Below are positions 11,812 to 25,269 of a stretch of DNA of 64,000 nucleotides, piece by piece. A model generated the notes under the pieces. That model had not been told where the DNA came from. It worked only from the letters and a program-made list of their open reading frames with translations, and did not search any database. The DNA is from Chiloscyllium plagiosum. Taxonomy: Eukaryota. The stretch covers positions 82,078,076 through 82,142,075 of the forward strand of contig NC_057711.1 of assembly GCF_004010195.1 (NCBI RefSeq), in the 5' to 3' direction. How positions within the stretch are numbered: position 1 is the first letter of the stretch; every line of letters begins with the position of its first letter. A program made the position numbers and the translations under genes.

Positions 11812-14175
11812 TGGGAAGGTGATGACCTACTGGTATTACTGCTGCACTATTAATCCAGAAACTCAACTAATTTTCTGGGGACCCAGGTTGGAATCTTGCC
11901 ATGGCAATTGGTGGAATTTGGATTTAATTTTTAAAATCTGGAATTAAGAATCTGGGTGGTGAAGGAACCAACAAGAGGGAAAAACATACTTGACCTCTTC
12001 CTTACCAATCTGCCAGCTGCAGCTGCAGCTGCAGGTGCATCTATCCATTATTGTATTGCTAAGAGCGACAACTACAAAGTCTTTGAGGAGACAACATTCC
12101 ATCTCCACTATGAGAATAATGTCCATCATGCTGTGTGGCACTATCACTGTGTTAAATGGGACAGATTTCGAACAGATTTGGCAACTCAAGATTGGGCATC
12201 CATGAGGCACTGTGGATCATCCACAGCAGCAGAATCATACTCCAGCACAATCTGTCACCTCATGGCCTGGTATATCCCCTACTCAACCATCAAGCCAGGG
12301 GATCAACCCTGGTTCAATGGAGAGTGCAGGAGGGCTTGCCAGGAGCAGCACCAGGTATATCTGAAGATGAAGTGTCAACCTGGTGAAGCCACCAAACAGG
12401 ACTAATTGCAAGCCAAATAACTTAAGCAGCAAGTGATAGAAAGAGTTAAGTTATCCCACAAACAGCAGATCTAAGTTCTGCAGTCCTGCCACATCCAGTT
12501 GTGAATGATGGTGGGCAATGAAGCAACTCCACAAATATCGGATCAGTGGTGCTGGAAGAGCGCAGCAATTCAGGCAGCATCCGAAGACAGGCAAAATCGA
12601 CGTTTCGGGCAAAAGCCCTTCATCAGGAAGCCATTCCTGATGAAGGGCTTTTGCCCGAAACGTCGATTTTGCCTGTCTTCGGATGCTGCCTGAATTGCTG
12701 TGCTCTTCCAGCACCACTGATGCAGAATCTGGTTTCCAGCATCTGCAGTCATTGTTTTTAACTCCACAAATATCCCTATCCTCAATGATGGAAGAGCCCA
12801 GCACATCAATGCAAAAGATAAGGCTGAAGCTCTCGCAGCAATCTTCAGATAGAAGTGTCAAGTGCATGATCCATCTTGACCTCCTCCAGTGGTCCCCAGA
12901 ATTACAAATATCAGTCTTCAGCCAATTTGATTCATTCCACGTGATATCAAGAGACGGTTGGAGACACCGGATACTGCAAAGGCTACAGGCCCAGACAACA
13001 TTACGACAATAGTACTGAAGGCATGTGCTCCAGGACGTGCTGCTCCCCTAGCCAAGCTATTCCAGTACAGTTACAACACTGGCATCTACACAATAATGTG
13101 GAAAATTGTTCAGGTCTGTCCTATACATAAAAGCCCGAGCAAAACTGAAATCAATGGATATCAGGAGGCAAATTCTCCGGTGGCTGGAGTCACACTTGAC
13201 ACATAGGAAAATAATTGGAGATCAGTCAGCTTAGCTCCAAGACATGTCTGCAGGAGTTCCTCAGGTTAGTGTTCTCAGCCCAACCACCTTCAGCTTCTTC
13301 ATCAATAACCTTCACTCCATCATAAGATCAGAAGTGGGGATGTTTGACAACAATTGGACAATGTTCAGCACCATTTGCAACCCCTCAGATACTGAAGCAG
13401 TCCATGTCCAAATGTAGCACAACCTGGACAATATCTAGGCTTAGGCTGAAAAGTGGCAAGTAACATTCACACCACATAAATGCCAGGCAATGACCATCAC
13501 CAATAAGAGACAATCCAATCTTTGCCCCTTGACATTCAATAGTGTTACCATCACTGATTCCTCCACTATCAATATGCTGGGGGTTATCATTGACCAGAAA
13601 CTCAACTGGACTCATCACATAAACTTGGTGGCTACAACAGCAGGTGAGAGGTTAAGAATACTGCAACAAGTCACTCATCTCCTGACTCCCCAAAGCCTGT
13701 CCACTATCTCCAAGGCACAAGTCAGGAGTATGATGGAATACTCCCCACTTGCCTGGATGAGTACAGACCTAACAATACTCAAGGAGCTTGACACCATTCA
13801 GGACAAAGCAGCCCACTTGATTGGCACTGCATCCACAAGCATCCACTTCCTCCACCACCGATGCTCAGTAGCAGCAGTGTGCATTATCTACACAATGCAC
13901 TGCAGAAATTCACCAAAGATCCTCAGACAGCTCCTTCCAAACCCACAATCACTTCCATCTTAAAGGACAAGAGCAGCAAACATGGAAATGTATCACCATT
14001 CCTTCACTGTCACTGGGTCAAAGACCTGGAATTCTCTCCCTAATGGCATGGTGGGTCAACCCACAGCAAGTGAACTACAACAGTTTAAGAAAGCAGCTCA
14101 CCACCACCTTCTCAAGAGCAAGTAGAGATCGGCAATAAATGCTGGCCAGCCAGCGACACTCACATCCTACAATTA
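11812..14175 (+). mobile_element. L2/CR1-group LINE, internally deleted, with SINE-like head
   Basis: Head at 11812-11955, then VKEPTRGKNILDL, IKPGDQPWFNGECRR, IVLKACAPGRAAPLAKLFQYS, LGVIIDQKLNW...SMMEYSPLAW. Tail ggcaataaatgctggccagccagcg at ~14131-14165. Confidence 0.85.
12540..12759. mobile_element. Palindromic mini-PLE (family A tail folded back) with 15-bp TSD
   Basis: Arms 12542-12629 and 12634-12721 (88 bp, one mismatch seen), loop GCCA. TSD aactccacaaatatc at 12525-12539 and 12760-12774. Confidence 0.9.
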
Positions 14176-15329
14176 TTTATTAGAAAAACTAAACAAAAGA
14201 TTGAGAATGAGGAGGATTAAAAGTAATTAATAAAATAAGCAAAAGTGATGAAGAAAAAGTGTTTCCACTGCCTGAGTGTGAGATGGAGGTATGTTCAATT
14301 AAGACTGTCAAAAGAGAATTGAAAAGAAACAACTTGCAGTGTTAGAAAAGGAAGAGTAATGTATAATACTCATTTGGGGAGCCAATAAAGACACAATAGG
14401 ACAAAGGGCTTCCTCTTGTGCTATAACAATTCTGTGGTCCATGACACTTTTAATCCCTCCTGCACATTAACCTATCCCTGACCTTTCTTGTTTCTCCACT
14501 TATCTCTCTGCCCACTTTCTCAACAGCACTGAAACCCATCACATTTCTACCACTCATTGAAAGACAATCATATTGCGATTTGAAATGTCAGTTTTCTTCA
14601 CCATAGATGCTGCAAGACCTACTGAATTTTTCCAGTATTTTCTGGGGTCTTTTTTATTATGACTTATCTTTTTTTTTGTCTTCTTCCCCTAACAGCAATC
14701 ACTGCGTAAACGACTAACAAAAACAAGATTTACACAGTAATTGCCATTCTGTACTTTATTCAATTCCTATAAGCTGATAAAGACTACTCTGCAGAGGTTC
14801 ACAATAGTTGATCTTCAAAGAATTGAAATGTATAAACTTCAACATTAAGGCAGTAAGACAAGACTTTGGGGTCACAAGCTCTAAGGCAGCAATAGTTACT
14901 GTATAACTCAGATTGATTTCCAAATGCTGAAAGACCTCTTTAAATCCTCGCCTTCATTTCTGTTTGAATATGTGGCCTAATGGAATGCTCTCTGTTGCCT
15001 GATTATTGCTGCTGAAAAAAAGCCTGTGAAAAAGTGTTTTTTTTTGGTGTAGAAACTCTAACTTTTCATCTTCCACAAATGGTCAACTCCTGTTGTCTCC
15101 ACCACAGTCCCTCATGTCCAGAACGAAAGCCTTCGCTGGCTACTCCACAGCAAGTGAAGCCACCTCCATCCTTTCAGTAACTGATGCCTCTTCCATGTCT
15201 GCTGAAAAGTTTCTGTGATCCAAAATTTTCTCTTGGATTAAATGAAATCCATGCCATTAAAATGGGGTCACACCAGGAAAATGTATAGAAGTACTGCAGT
15301 AAGGGAACAGCAAATTTTATCCATTAGTC

Positions 15330-15786
15330 TTGGAAGGATTGGAGCTATAGGGAGAGGTTGAATAGACTAGGGCTGTTTTCCCTGGAGCGTCAGAGGCTGA
15401 CTGGTGACCTTATAGAGGTTTATGAAATCATGAGGGACATGGATAGAGTAACTAGACAAGGTCTTTTCCCTAGGGTGAGAGAGTCCAGAACTAGATGGCA
15501 TAGTTTAGGGTGAGAGGGGAAAGATATAAAAGAGACCTAAGGGGCAAAATTTTCACGCAAAGGGTGGTGTGTGTGTGTGAAATGAGCTGCCAGAGGAAGT
15601 GGTGGAGGCTAGTACAATTGCAACATTTAAAAGGCATCTGGATGGGTGTATGAATAGGAAAGGTTGGAGGGATATGGGCCAGGTGCTGGCAGGTGGGACT
15701 AGATTGGGTTGGGATATCTGGTCGGCATGGACGGGTTGGACCGAAGGACCTGTTTCCATGCTGTACATCTCTATGACTCTATGACT
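15330..15786 (+). mobile_element. CR1 3' end (young subfamily)
   Basis: RLTGDLIEVYEIMR...SRTRWH; tail ctctatgactctatga; near-identical to 61060-61500. Confidence 0.9.
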
Positions 15787-17784
15787 TACTTCTGCTCAGG
15801 TCTCAAACCAAAAACCATTGTTCTAATAGAAATCAATGCTGCTCAAACCATAAACATTTCAATTAAAAATTTGGAAATAAAACCATTCTAAGCATATAAA
15901 CTTTCTAGTACTACTTTGCCTAGATCTAAGGACCATATCCTTAAAGCAGTGAAATAAAGTGAACAGTCAATATTAAAGAAGAGGATGTTATACATTCAGT
16001 TTATAAAAGTAATGTAGAGAATCATATTTTCACTAAACTATCAAATATATTACAAACCACAAGCAATTGGTATACAAGCAATTTATCAATCATCTTCTCA
16101 TGCAACTCAAGTAGAGTTTTCAGTTTGTGAAAGCACTGAATTCTAAGACCTGTATACTGCAGATGCTGGAAATCTGAAATAAAACAAAGAATTGGAAACA
16201 CTCAGCATGTCTAGCAGCATATGTGGAGAGGATAACAAAGTTAACATTTCACGTCAACAACATTTCATCAGATCACAAGTGATCTGACCAATGGTGTTTG
16301 ACCTAAATGATTAACTCTTTCTGCCTCTACCTGAGTATTTCCAACATTTTCCAATTTTATTACTGAATTCTAAATTCACATACAAAGTTCAGCTATATTT
16401 GTTGCTGTTAAGTTTCATTTACAATTAATCTTTCCATTGTAATAGTAGTAAAAACACCAGATCCTGGAAAGCAAATCATAATATTCTAAGAAAAAGTATT
16501 ATACCAAACTAAAATAACTGAACTCCAATAAAAATCAATTGTAATCTAAATTCCCTAAATATATTCATTTTAAGCAATTGGTTGATTTCCGTACTTCAAA
16601 GCTTTCATTGGGATTTGGGATTGCATCCAAAATAATTAATTGTTCCTTACACCCAACATCAGTGTAAATATAACTGTAGCATATTCAGTATTTAGACCAA
16701 TGTTGGAAATTGGCCAATTAACCTGGCTCAGTACTGAATCTGGAAGCTGGGATTCTTCCTAATTAGCCCAAACTAAATCTTTTTAATCAACCTGCTCAGA
16801 ATGTTATGGCACAGCACAGGCGCAGGTGAATCTTGAACCAAGGGCTTCCAAGGTGGGGGTTTGTGCCACAAGACCCTAAACATTTTATCTAACAAGCCAG
16901 GTTTCATTCTGGTATATAACTTGTCCAGTATTATCATAACTGGGATCATAACAACACATTATGGCACACCACCTTGTCTATCACATCCTGAGACTGGACT
17001 TGAACTCAAAAGTAGGAACACTACCACAGCACTACAAAACTCTCCAAATAAATCTGTATGAATATCGTAATGAGCAGGGTTATACTGACTAAACAAGAAG
17101 TGAAGAGCTCACCAGCTAGGATGCATAGTTATAGCTGATCTGACTCCAACAGAACTCCTTTCAAAATTTATGAGATCCCAAGGCTTAGATTTTGTCAGTC
17201 TACAATATCTGAATCTCAATAAACCAGATATTCTCTTGACAGGCTAAGGAGTACATTGCATATCAGGCAAATCAAAATGCATGGTATGGAATTATCAGAA
17301 AGTAGGGCTACTTTCCGTGACTGGCTGTAGCATTGTGAGAGCAGCTCTGAGAAAATAATGAGAATAAAAATAATGGTGAACATTTCAAAATTGGACAGTA
17401 ACTCCAGTGAGTTTTAGCTGTACCTATGTTTTAAGTAATGCTTCACTTTAAAAGAAGCCTCTACAATTCTCCAAAGACATATTTCAGATAAAAGAAATCA
17501 TCAGATAATATTCAATCACTAAACTGCTCAACTAAAATAATGGCAATATTTCTAAACATAATAAGTATCGAGACCTTTTTTAAAAATGTGCGAATTGCTC
17601 TGCTTGCCATTTTTTAAACAACACAGAGAGCCATCCAACTGATAACTTAGCACAGCAGAAAGCAAAGAATGAGTTATTTTCGTATGATCTTCAATCGATT
17701 GTTCTTTTCTTTCATTTTCCAGATTCTGACAGCTAGAACTATATAGATTTTACGCAATGACATGAATAGTTCATTACTCTTGCA

Positions 17785-18170
17785 GTTGTTGTAGGTATGT
17801 TCACTGAGCTGGGAATTTGGTTTGCAGATGTTTTGTTTCCTTTCTAGGTAATGTCCTCAGTATTGTGGAGTCTCCTGTGAAATACTGTTGTACTATGTCA
17901 GTTGGAATTTATAAGGTTTAGCTCCCACTGGTTCCGGTTGCCAGTTCCAGTTGTTCGTTGTAGTGGTATGGCAACTGGAAGCAGTGGAATCAAAACCATA
18001 TAAATCCCAACCAACTCAGTACAGCAGTGCTTCACAGGACGCTCCACAACACTGAGGATGTCACCTAGAACGGGGACAAAATGTCTGCAAACCAACTTCT
18101 CAGCTCGGTGAACATACCCACAACTACCGAAACCAGCAACCAAGCTACAAATCTTTACACATACTTTGAA
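17785..18170. mobile_element. Penelope-like tail arranged as a diverged inverted repeat
   Basis: Arms ~17785-17943 and ~17969-18125. Decayed hammerhead ctgaggatgtcacc...ggggacaaaatgtc at ~18052-18084. Confidence 0.7.
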
Positions 18171-19027
18171 CTTCATCACTCTCTTTGGTTGCTGCTGTTC
18201 ATTACAATAGTTAGGTAACACTGAAATGATAAAGAGTTACAAGTTTGATCTTTCCTTAGTTCTTTTCCCAGCTTCCTCTTTTGATATTTTTTTTAACAGT
18301 GTAGTAATTTGTTCTGAGTCTAGCTAATACTAACTAATATATAATGAATGGTATTGTATCAAGCTCAGAGTGAACGCTGGCAGGTCATTGTTAAGAGAGT
18401 CAAAATCTCTTTTTTGCCACGTGCCTAATTTTGTTTCTGGTTAGCATTTAAAATTGTAAGATAAAAGTTAAGCATTTTGAATCAATCAATTCGGACATTT
18501 AGTGACACATTTCTGGCCCAAGTGGTACACGACCCTGAACCCTCCTACTCACAGACATGGATATTACGATTGTGTCACAAGAGCCTAACTACTTTAATTG
18601 TAAAGTTGCTCACCTGCAGCAGAGTTTTAACAAGGTCCCAGTGGAAGAGCACTTGGGTTGAGTTAATTAAAGAAGCAACTGAAACAGGTTCGCTCTGTTA
18701 GTTACATCAGCTAGCTTTTGAACTGGGAATGTAGAAAAATAGTCAAAAAGTGCAACTTAATATCTAATGGTGAGTTAAGCTGATCGCTGAGAGTTAATAA
18801 TTAAGAGAGTTGGGGGAGGAAGGGAAGGAAGTGCTTCTTTGTTTTTGTTAACTTTTCAGCTTCCAGGAATTGGTTCTTTTACTGGTATAGGAATAAAAGC
18901 TAGTTATCTGGTGAGTATATAGTAAGTGTATTCTATTCCTAAGGCTCAAAATAATATAGTTACTGGTGGCAGTAACTACACACATTTAAAAAGTAAGTAT
19001 ATGACTGAATAGAGTAATTAAGTTGCT

Positions 19028-19800
19028 ATGTCAAACACACAAAGCGAAGCAGAGCAGATGATGTGTCAGAGTTGTAGCATGTGGGAGCTCCTAGATGACA
19101 ATGTGATCCAAAGCAAACACATCTGTGGTAAATGCTTGAATTTTAGAATTTATGAGCTTAGAGTTCAACTTACAGTTTATGAGCTCGAAGATGAAACAGG
19201 TACACATTCATCAGACAGTTGGCAAGTCTCCTGTATTATGTGTAACAGGAGGCAGTCACACCTCTCAAGACAGGCTCCTCTGATTTGGTCAGTGTTCAGA
19301 GACAGTGTAACCATGAGAAAAGTAGGTAAGGAGATCCGGAAGACAGGACAGAAGCAGCCTGAGCCTTTCCAACTGTTCAAGTGGTTTGAGTTGAAGAACA
19401 TAAGATTATTTTCAGTGAGAGTGGGGGCTGCAGGATGAATGTACAAACTGGAACAGGAAACCATTAAGGCAAGGGGTGGTAGTGGTAGAGGTAGTGGGGA
19501 ACAATTTTGCAAGGGGAATCAACACCACTATCTGCAGCAAAGATAGTGAGTCCAGACAGCTTTGACGCCTCCCAGTGCCAGGATTCAGGATACCTGCTCA
19601 GGGCTGGACAGCAACTTATAGTGAAATGGGGAAGATCCAGTCATTATAATCTTTGCAGGCATCAACAACATAGACGGGACAAAGAAAGAGGTCCTATATA
19701 GTTAATGAGGAGCTAAACAAAATTAAGATGCAGAACTCCAAAGCTTATATCCTCTGAATTGTTACCTGAACCATGTGTAAATTGACAGAACAGGTTAGAC
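19028..19800 (+). mobile_element. Degenerate CR1 ORF1 (zinc finger + esterase remnant)
   Basis: CQSCSMWELLDDNVIQSKHICGKC resembles CTSCQMLEF...YICHKC in the ORF1 at 47510-48010. Confidence 0.65.
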
Positions 19801-19814
19801 TTCTCTGTTTGTAA

Positions 19815-20160
19815 ACATAGAAACATACAAAACAGGAACAGGAGTAGGCCATTCAGCCCTTCAAACCTGATCCTATCAATATGATCATTGCCATACATCC
19901 AGTTCAATACCTATTCCCACTTTTGTCCCACACTCTTTACCCCTAAGAATTATATCTATGTCCCTCCTGAAAACTTCAATGTTTTGGCCTCAACCTCTCA
20001 CTGGGTGAAGAGATTTCTCAACTCTAAGTGGCTTATCCATATCCTTACACTGTGACACATGGTTCTGGTCTTCCTGGTCATTAGCAACATCTTTCTGGCA
20101 TTTACCATGTCTAGTCCTGTTTGAATTTTATAGTATTTTATGAGATACACTCTCATTTAT
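19815..20160 (-). mobile_element. CR1 3' fragment
   Basis: Similar to the CR1 tail at 52705-53100 (ggagtaggccattcagccc...ggatgagaaatct). Confidence 0.65.
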
Positions 20161-20429
20161 TTTCAAGTTTGCAAGTGGTATACCACAGAGATCAATGCTG
20201 GGGTTTCTCAACTATTTACAATTGATGTAAGTGCTAGGATGAAGAGTCAGAGTTTTGGTTGTCGAAATTGCTGATGACACGAAGATAGATGAGAAAGCAA
20301 GTTGTGAAGTTGTACAATCAGATCAGCTATGATCACCTTGAATCACAGAGTAAATTTGAGGAACTAAATGAACTACTACTGCTCCTAGTTTGTATTAAGA
20401 TTTGCATTATATTATTGTTTTTTAAAAAG

Positions 20430-21250
20430 ACACACTGTCAATGAAATGCAGCTCTCCATCAATTGCTTGGAGCAGTGGTGACCTGACAATGTTGAAAGTC
20501 TGGCAAACGGAATGTGCATATTTCAAAAATCACATTGAAACATTTTCTAACATTCACTCCTATTTGAGTGACATGAGGACATTTCTAATGAAATTGTCTG
20601 AATTGTCAGGAATGCAATCACCAACATGAAAACCAAACCATCAATTTTTCACAGTTTTCAATAGTTTAGTTGTGTCTCTGAAGGCTGTAATTTTGAGAGT
20701 TTTTTTCAATTTATTAGGCTCACAAATATTCTTGTACCAAGAGTGCAGCATAGCTAGGGACTGATCTTGGATTTTGGATGTCTACTTACCTCATGGTCCA
20801 TGTCAGTCCTGTACATCAAGACATTCTAAGTCACAGCACTGATAATTCTGATTTTAAGGGATCAATTCATTTTCATGTGGAACGATTCTTTATGTTTAGA
20901 GAATGCATTGTTTGCTATTGCTGAAGCTCTGATTTCTTGAAAGCGTAATCATCTTCAGACAAGATACCTGTTCACTATTTAACTTAACCACTATATTCTA
21001 CCATTACTTATTCCAATCTTCACAATATTCATCAGTTTTTATTTTAAATTTCATTCCACAAGCTTTTACCACTTTATTTATTCAACTGTTAACATCGGTC
21101 TATTTTCTTCTATGCTAGTTAGTAAAGCTTAACATCTGAGAATGACACTATCTTCATCAATTGTCTTCCAATTGTGACTCCATTTTGCATATCTAATGCT
21201 TCTTTTACCATGGGCTTTTACATTGATATTAAAAAGCAAAGCTGCTAGTA
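20430..21250 (-). mobile_element. Ancient RTE-type LINE fossil
   Basis: Minus-strand LLFNINV / MVKEALDMQNGVTIGRQLMKIVSFSD (FADD-equivalent), EIRASAIANNAF and TWTMR*VDI. Confidence 0.6.
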
Positions 21251-22249
21251 AGCATATCCATCAGTTTCAGGAACCCTCAATTAAACCCTCAATTCTCTTT
21301 GCTAATAATAGGATACGCCAGTCAAAATCTCATCAAGTGACTATCACCTGCTCACTGTGAGTTCAAGATTCAGACACAATTCCAACTCTTGTTTTAAACC
21401 CAAAGCAAAAGTTCAGCCAAAAATGACCTCCTATTAAGTCTGCATTTATCTTACCTCTTGAACAGAATTTAATGTCCCAAATCACTTCACAGTACGTTTA
21501 TTAACTGTAAATTAACACCAAGTCGCATAAGAAGATACAATCATGGATGATGAGAAACTTGATCAACAGGTGAGTTTTAAGGAATGTATTAGAGGAGAAA
21601 GATGGAAAAGCAAACAGGTTTAGAAAAGAAATTCAAAAACTCAGGACTTAGACAGCTCAAGGCATAGCTCTGAATTGTGAATCTATTAAAATCACAAATC
21701 AGCAAGAGACCAGAGGTGGAAGAGTACAGAAATCTCAGAGTTGTAGGGGTTAGGCAAATTGCAGAGCTAAGGAGAATGAGACAGTGGAAAATTTGAAAAC
21801 AATCTTCCCAGCCCCTTGAACAACTTGGGTAATGGTGTGTCAGTCAGGAAAATATGGCGACATCGAAAGAAAAGAGATTCTCAATGTCAAGGGAAGACAT
21901 CTGATTCTACGACCAAATTTTGAACAGTGACGTGACAATCTCACTAGTGCATGGTGATATGCCTATTTGCATGCAATTGTCTGTTATTAGTATTGAATCT
22001 CACCTCTTTGATATGCATTTTCTAAATCATCCACGTGTAGGTTTGAAACTAAACTGCAGACCTTGATCCTGAATTTCTTCCAAGGCAGTGCGCTGTCAAG
22101 TGCATACCTCAATTAAGACATGCAGTTTCTCCTTATTGAATTCTGTCCTCTTCCAGGAATTGTTTGTCTTTTATTAATCAAGGTTTGGGACATGGGTGTT
22201 GGCTGTCGCTTAGATTGCAGCTTATAAAAGATCAAAATTTTCCTCTAAA

Positions 22250-24060
22250 ACAGTACAGCACAGGAACAGGCCCTTTGACCCACCATGTCTGTGCCAAGTA
22301 CAATACAATTCTAAACTAAATTCCATCTCCTTGCACAATGTCCATATACCTCTATTTCCTGTCTGTTTGTGTGCCTGTTAAACTTTGTAAACAATTCCTT
22401 CTAGCCTTTCCCCTTGCAGTGCATTCCAGGCAGCTACATCCTCAGTGTAAAAGACTTTCCTCGCACATCTCCTTTAAATTTTTCCACTCTCACCTTGAAC
22501 CTATCCCCCAGAGTATGTCACATTTCCACCTTGGAAAAAAGACTGACTATCCATCCTACCCACGCCTCTCATAATTCTTTATGCTTCTTTCAGGCCTCCC
22601 CTCAACTTCCGACGCTCAAGTGAAAACAATTTTGTCCAACCTCTCTTTATAGCTAATACATTTCCAGTCCAGGCAGCATCCTGGTAAACCTCTTTTGCAC
22701 ACATTCCAAAGCCTCCACATCCTTCCTATAGTGTGGCAGCCAGAATTGAACACAGTACTCCAAATGTGGTCTTATACAGCTGCAACATGACTTGTCAATT
22801 TTTATACTCAATGCCCCGACCGATGCCTTCTTTACCATCTCATCTACTTACATTGCCACTTGCAAAGAACTATGGACTTAGACCCGAAGATCCTTCTATG
22901 TGTCAACATTGCTGAGGAACCTGCCATCAATTGTATACCTTCCTCTGGCATTTGACCTCCCAAAATACATCACCTCACACTTGTCTGGATTAAATTCCAT
23001 CTGCCATTGCTCTGTCCAACTTTCCAACTAACCTACATTCTTCTGTATCCTCACTATCCACAACTCCACCAACTTTTGTGTTATCTGCAAACTTACTAAT
23101 CAGGCTGCCTACATTTTCATCCAAATCATTTATGTATATACACACTTTACAAACATTACAAACAGGATCAGCACTGATCCTTGCAGAACACTGGTCAAAG
23201 ATCTCACATCAGAAAAACATTTCTCTACAACTACTGATTGTACTTTATGACCAAACCAATTTTGTATCAAACTTACCAACTCAATGTGGATGCCATGTGA
23301 CTTAATCTTCTGGACCAACTTAACATGAGGACCTTGTCAAATGCTTCCTATTTCTGGCTTCTCTACCACATGGCACAATCCTGAGATAACAACCCTAGAA
23401 GTCCTGCTTTTCAATTTCTTACCTAAGTACCTAAATTCCTTCTACAGGACCTCATCTCCACTTCTGCCTGTGTTGTTAGTAACAATATGGCCCAATACCT
23501 CTGGCTGTTCATCCTGCCCCTTCAGAATATCCTGTGCCCGCTCAGTGACATCTTTCACGTTGGCACCAGAAATGCAACAAACCATCCTGGAGCCTCATTC
23601 ATTGCCACTGAAAAGCCTATGTCCATGACTGTTGAGACCCCATCACCACCATTTGCCTCTACTTCAACCCTCCCTGCTGTATAACAGACCAATTGCGGTA
23701 CCATTGATCTAGCTGTTACTGTTGATTTCCCCCAATAGGTAACTTGCGCCCCGACCACCCCCCACCACACCCCCACCCCCCCACCAATATCCAAAACCCG
23801 GGGAGTTGACAGGGGAATGGCCACAGAGGACTCATGCATTGCCTACCTAAGTTTACTGGTCTTCCTGATGGTCACCCAACATTCTTCTTTCTGTGTAGCC
23901 CTTACTTATGATGTTACCAGCTCACTAAATGTGTTATCCACAATGGTCTCAGCCTCATGGAATACATAGTGAGTCCATTCACAGCTCCAGCCACTGGTTC
24001 CTGAACAGCCAATTGCACACAACCTCCAGAGATCCCATCTGGATTCAGCAAGATTCTGAA
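22250..24060 (-). mobile_element. CR1 LINE fragments (RT/3' end 22250-23345; ORF1 remnant 23345-24060)
   Basis: [44 protein letters not shown], and ORF1-like VVGAQVTYWGKST. Confidence 0.75.
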
Positions 24061-24069
24061 TTCTGTCGC

Positions 24070-25020
24070 ACAGGTGTCTATCAGCAGAGTTTTGGGTGGT
24101 TGGTGAAGGATAGGGCTTGAAATGCTGGGCTCACCAGCCTTGGGGATGGTGGACACTAGATGGTCCTGACACAATTAATCCTTACAGTGTCAGCCAATAT
24201 CTGCTACTTGGCTAAAGTTATACAAAGTCTGATGACTATAATACTCAACCCTGAAAATGCACATGGGATTGAGGCAGCTCAGGTATGCAGTGACCTTTTA
24301 GAGAAAGTGACCCCAATTTGTCATTGACCCTAGATGCCAAACCATCCCTCAGGATCTCCCACCCAACAATTTGAACCACTGAGGAAATTCCCTTCAAAAC
24401 AACATGGAGGAGTTTCCTGTATGGTCTACAGATACACATTCTCCACTTCTTCATCCTTGTCCACTGACCAAAAAAAAAACCGTTGGCATGTTACTGTACC
24501 TTCTGGTGGTGAAGATCCCATGTGACATAAGGAGGTCCTCCCTCTTTGCACTGGGGCTTTGAGGTGGAGAGTGTTGCATGCTGCAGTCCCAGGCAATAAA
24601 ACGTTAATGCGGTTCAGTGGGTGCAAGCCTGGAGGAAGCAGTTTTCCACATTTCCTTGGATTTTTTTTTGTTAGTAGACCTTGTTTAGTTTTGTTTTTAA
24701 TTTTTTGACTGTACTTCAGCTCTATGCCTCCTATCCATCAAGATAGTCATCTACAGGTCAATGCACTGGGATGTGGACGGGGTTTAGCACCCGGTTGTCT
24801 GTCCTTCTTCCGTGGTTAAGCCGCACAGGTGTCCTTGGAAAAGGAACATGCAGAATCCACAAGCATGATGCAGATCGACAGGGACTGGTGGTCTCTACAG
24901 GGGCTGATCTATATCACCACCTCCAGAGGTGACACTGGAAATTAGTTTAGATAAGCTTCCATTACTCATTCTGATGTTTGTTTTTGTTACTGTGCAATAT
25001 TGGGGGCTGTGTAACTTGCC
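24070..25020 (+). mobile_element. Tx1/L1-clade LINE C-terminal fossil
   Basis: EIPFKTTWRSFLYGLQIHILHFFILVH and EVLPLCTGALRWRVLHAAVPGNK resemble the Tx1 post-RT WRxLH region. Confidence 0.6.
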
Positions 25021-25269
25021 ATATTTTAAAAATAAAGATAAGAGATGGTGACAATTCCTGACATGAAAGGCTGAGGGGATAGCTAGCAGATCCAGTTCAC
25101 CACTTACTCCTATAAATCTCCACCTTGGCCAGCAGTCACTAGCATCTCAGATATGCTCAATGGGCAGTAACTGCCTGTACCCACTCCGGTGGCTACTGAC
25201 ATACCTCTACATGAAGAAGCTGAAAGTTCCTTCAGAAAACTCAGAATCAATTGTCCTCAATGCCATTCC

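Noticed and set aside
20785..20830. Strong minus-strand donor GAG|gtaagt as a FRMD3 exon
   Set aside because: Lies within the RTE fossil (TWTMR*VDI motif) and has no FERM similarity.
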